64,000 bases of DNA, taken from the human T2T-CHM13v2.0 reference genome, Homo sapiens. The position numbers and the translations under genes are program-made. The notes beneath the pieces are model-generated. The model had not been told where the DNA came from. It saw nothing but the letters and a program-made list of their open reading frames with translations, and searched no databases. The stretch's first letter is position 1. Each line of letters starts with the position of its first letter. The stretch lies in NCBI RefSeq assembly GCF_009914755.1, contig NC_060925.1; one strand, written 5' to 3'. Shown piece by piece: positions 59,348 to 64,000 of the stretch.

Positions 59348-59556
59348 CTCAGGAGTTCTGGGCTTGTGGAAGAGATGGTGATTGCTATCAGGTGGCAGGA
59401 TGGTGACAGTGAGGGGCAGGTGGACCCAGGGATGGAGGAGGACAGAGGACAGGCAGACATTTCCCCACCCAGGACAGGCCAGATGTGCTCCCTGAGCTGT
59501 TGCCTGTGCTGGGTGTTTGCCATCAGCCATTTCTCCCTCTGACTTTATCAGTTCCA
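59348..59556 (+). repeat. Local duplication C, copy 2
   Basis: Direct repeat of 54672-54879. Confidence 0.93.
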
Positions 59557-60925
59557 ATTAATTCGTTGCTCACCTACGAAGTTCCCACTCTCCTTAAATC
59601 ACTGAGATGAGCAATTCTTATTCCAATCTTCTGAATACCCTTCCTTTTACCTTTCCTCTTCACTAAATATCCAAAGAGCTAGTGAGATAAATCCATTGTG
59701 CCTTTGGCAAAAAGTGAGTTACCAATATCCAAATATGAAGACATATTAAAATTCTTTCACATTTCCCCCAGCCCCCAGCCTATTTCTCTTCTCCACCGAA
59801 TTCATCATCTGTGACACATTTGTGTCATCAATTATAGGTGTAGCTCATCCGATTCAGTTGTAGAAAGAAGAAAAAGGCACAAAAATGTTTATGCTGCTGG
59901 TTAAGTTAATGTGAAGCATTTTACATGTTGTGGGGGAGGGAGTACATGCTATGCATTGGCCGACATAATGGCTCGTAAATTTACTTATTGCAGAAAATGC
60001 ATTAGTGGGTATAGCTATTTTCATTTATTTGTACCAAAGTCTCTAAAGAAAAATAAAAGAGCCAGTGTATTGCTCAAGTGCATGTGCCATTCTTACAAAA
60101 CACAATGACCCCAAGGTGTCTGGATGTACCAAATCCATCCTAGGCATAAATGCCATCTAAGGCAATAGTGCTCACAGGTGTCTTTGGGACATGTGTCCCT
60201 ACAGATGAGCTGGGGATGTTCACCTTCCACCTCACTGTCTGTTGCCTGTGCACACTTGTTCAGCTCTGAACACTTAGGAAATACTATGAGTTTCTCTGGA
60301 GATCAGGGCCAGAGAGGCCAGTGTGGGGCGGATCCTAGACACAAGATTAGGCCCATGATATAGGGGAAGATAGAGGGGAGGCAGAGAGGTTGAAACACCG
60401 AGGGCTGACAGAGAGGTGGGAGAGCAGCAGCCCACATGGAAAGACAGCCCCAGGGGAAGATCAAAAGGGACGTTACCCTGGGCCCAGAGAGGAGGGTTTT
60501 ACTTCGTTGAAAATGAAACACACTCCAGGAGAGCATTCTAAATACCCTTGACTCTCCCATTACTGTAGCCGAGTTGCGTACTGTCAGTTTGTTTGGGATA
60601 TTCTCTACTCCTTGAAGGTGGGGACTCTGGGAGATGACAGAAAAGCTGAGTTCTCCCAGGGCAGCCAGACATTTGGACAAGTGGCTTATGAGTAAAGCCA
60701 CTCCTTACCCTTGTATGCTAGGAATTCACTCTTGGATTAATCCCACATGAATTTACTGAATTCCTGAGCAGAGAACAATGAACCCAGTCATTTGTGATGA
60801 AGCCACAGAAGGGATCACTGGGACTCCTGCCAGCCAAGTCTATCTGGGGCTGGACTTGAGTGATGAATTGGGGCTCGGAAGACTTCTATTTCATGGATTC
60901 TGCATTTGTTTTGTTTGTTTATGGG

Positions 60926-61290
60926 TGTATCAGTCCGTTTTCATGCTGCTGATAAAGACATACCCAAGACTGGGCAATTTTCAAAAGAAAGAGGTTTATT
61001 GGACTCACAGTTCCATGTGGCTTGGGTGGTCTCTCAATCATGGTGGAAGGTGAAAGGCACGTCTCACTTGGTGGCAGACAAGAGAAGAGAATGAGGAAGA
61101 AGTGAAAGAAGAAACCCTTTAAAAAACCATCAGATCTCATGATACTTATTTACTACCATGAGTACAGTATGGGGGAAACTGCCCCCATGATTCAGTTATC
61201 TCCCACTGGGTCCCTCCCACAACATGTGGGAATTATGGGAGTACAATTCAAGATGAGATTTGAGTGGGGACAGGGAGTCAAACCATATCA
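60926..61290 (-). mobile_element. THE1 (MaLR) solo LTR
   Basis: tgtatcagtccgttttcatgctgctgataaagacataccc...caaaccatatca. Confidence 0.95.
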
Positions 61291-64000
61291 AGGGGCTTTG
61301 CCTTTTTAAATAGTTTTCTATATAATTCTCTGGAAATAATTCTCTGGAAATTCTAGCCTTAGCTCAGCTAAACCAATGAGGAAATAGGTATAGTCTACAC
61401 TTGGTCTGGGGCCCCTAGAGGGCAGAATGGGCAGAGGCCAGGCATGAAAGTGATGGTAGCCATCCCAGAGTACCAGGACAGAGGTCAGGTGAGGAGCTGG
61501 GACCATTAGCCCTGGCTGGCCTGGAGTCTTTTGCTACACCTCCTGGGTTTGTACCTCCATGCTTTGGATGTTTATACCTCCATGCTTTGTACCTCTGGAT
61601 GCTTTGTCCAATGGCTGGCAACAGCCCAGAGGGTTGGAACTGGACATAACAGAATGCTGAGTGGTCGTCAAGGACCCCCAGACTCTCTCTGCCTTCAGCG
61701 AGACCATCCCTCTCCCAGGCAACACAAGGCTCCCCTATCTCCCATCTGGGATTGGCCACCTTGTCTAAATCCAGGTACATGTGCTGAGTCCTGATGCCTC
61801 TGTATCCAGAAGGAAGCTGGGCACAGGGCAGTGCTGAGGCAAAGGAAGGGGGCTGGTGCTGACACCAAAGGGACAGGGAAAGGAGCACATTCATTTGTTC
61901 CTATACGACTGAGAGATTTCCCCTGTGGCCCTCCTTCCTATATCCTTGGCCCCTGCGGTGGCAGTTCTTCCCTAACTCCCCTTGACTATACTTGACTTTA
62001 GCCCCTAAATATTCCTCTGCACCCCGTTAATAAAATCCAAATTGCCCAAACAATGGCTGATAATCTGCAATACAGTTTCTCCCTCTTCCCAGAGCCATTC
62101 TTGACCAATTACTCCTGAAACTAGCTGAACTTGGCTGACCCCCTCTCCTGCTAAAGCCTAGTAGGAAATTCTTCTCTCCTGCCCCAAGTGAGAAGGGAAT
62201 AAAGGCTCTGCCAACAGTGCTCTGGAAGATTTTCTTCTGCAACGGACTCTGCTGACATGGTGGGTGCAGCATTGCTGTGAGGGTCCATGACTGGCCCTGC
62301 TGGCTTCCTTGGGATAACATGGCCCAATCCTGGAGACAGTGTTCTATCTATCCCAAGAAAAATATCCAGGGGGAGAGGGTGGGTGGAAAACATGAAGAGA
62401 GAGAAAGGGGAGATCCTTCTGGAACTCTTAGAGGGATCTGAAAGATGTCAGGGAGGGCAATTCTAGAATCGTGGGAGATGGGCCTGCAGTACCACATCCA
62501 GGAGCTGCCCAGGATCCTCTCGCAGCTTCCCACCGCTGTGCCCTCACCAGCCCTCTTTAGCCATCCGTACGGAGGTGGCTTCATCTTCAGCATATTGTGC
62601 CCGTGTCTCAAGCAAGCGCGCCTTACTCAGTGCCACCATTTTTCTGTAGAGCTGCCCAACATCTGTGTCATTTTCTCTCCTACCTTCTACCTTGGTAAGG
62701 CATCTGAAAAAACAAGGGGTTCCCTATTAACTACTGCTTCCTGTTCTTGCTTTCCCTGAATGGAATCCAAGCTTATCTGCACAGAGGAAGAGTGTGCCAA
62801 GGCCAAGGTCCTATCAAAGGGACTCTGTTCCCTGAGTTAAACATTGGTCCTTTGTTACCTCCCTGCCTGGATGCTTCCAGAGGTGGGAGGCCTCCTAGAG
62901 CCTCCAGTTTCGGTTTGAGGCCTCTCAGTGCAATGGTTCAGGAAAAAGGAAAGGCCCAATTAATGGGCAAGAAAAAACCCAGGGACAGGTTGATGTGATG
63001 CATTTGCTCAGGGCTTCCTGCCCGGGAATGAAGGATTTTACATTTTCCTTCCTCCCTTGTACACCGAAGCCTGTTGAAGAATGCTTTCCCCCTGCTTCCC
63101 AGATTAAGCACACCATCCTTCAAAATGGAGTTCAACATCCTTTGCTTTCCATCAGCTTCCTTTGATCAGCTACTTCAGCACTCTATTCCTCATCCCCTCA
63201 GCGATTATGCAGCCATCTGCAGTGCGTTCATTTGCCCTCGTCTTTCCGTGGCGTTTCTTCTGCGTGCTCACCTCTGGCACTGGAATGCTTTCCAAGGGCG
63301 CAATGCCTGTCTTCTCCATTTGACTGAGAGCTCCCTTCTTTTCTACTCAAAGCCTGAATACACAGCACACCCTGTTCTTTAAATGTTTGCTACACACTGA
63401 TTCTAGCCAAGCCTCTCCCAAGGGTAGTGTTTGAAAGGTCTCTGTGCAGGAGATATTAACTCAGCAAAAGGAAGAGAAGTTAGAAAGTTAGAGAGGCAAC
63501 TCCCACTTTCTCTCTCTCTCTTTTCTTTTGCTCTCTCACTTTCAGGATTGGAATAAGTAGCATGCTATTTCACATATATATATTTCACCGATAGTTCTGC
63601 CTTGGCTATAGTAAATGATAGAAAATGAGTTTGGTTGGATTCCTCCAAGCCCCGAAGGCTATTGCCTGTTGCAGTAAGGAGGAAGGGTTTTTGAACCTAA
63701 TTAACCACCTCCTCTCCTGACATCCCAACTCCTGTTACTGAGAAGTGAACACGTGGGAGGAAGAGTTTACCCTCGGCCCGTATACTGCTGTCCAAGCCCC
63801 AGACTAGTTTAACACTGACTCCACCGAGGAAGGACAGCCTGTGCCCAAATGCAGGCCCCTCTACATTCCTTTGGGTCCTTTCTCCATTTCCCACGTTTTC
63901 TACTAGGTACAAAACTCCCACATATCCTCAGCATTTCACAGAGTGTGCCTTCTACCTCCCATCCTGATTGAAACACACCTCCCCAGCCCTCCCACCCCAC

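Noticed and set aside
59345-59557. Shared peptide MADGKHPAQAT in ORFs from both copies of duplication C
   Set aside because: Copy 1 stops early (…LACPG*), so the frame is not preserved; no coding evidence.

Overview
Human (primate) genomic DNA from the 1q32 Ig-receptor cluster. The only protein-coding gene is FCAMR (Fc alpha/mu receptor, CD351) on the minus strand. I reconstructed all 8 coding exons with canonical GT-AG boundaries: 1734 nt = 577 aa, or 532 aa from the second ATG. The first ~11 kb is the region upstream of PIGR; PIGR itself is not in the window and this placement relies on recalled gene order plus the secretory-component androgen response element at 2976-2990. Beyond ~24 kb the window is repeat-rich intergenic DNA: a fossil ERVL gag-pol, solo LTRs (MER57-, MER39-, THE1-, MLT1-like), old L1s, Alus and DNA transposons. 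Repeat subfamily names are by eye and need RepeatMasker. I found no convincing wholly new system. The best leads are (i) a 124-codon spliced alternative ORF overlapping FCAMR exons 3-5, (ii) exons 7-8 being readable in several frames depending on splicing, (iii) three local ~150-230 bp duplications, one of which switches a GAS (N3) site to a STAT6-type (N4) site, and (iv) inverted Alus bracketing a frame-preserving exon 4-7 block.
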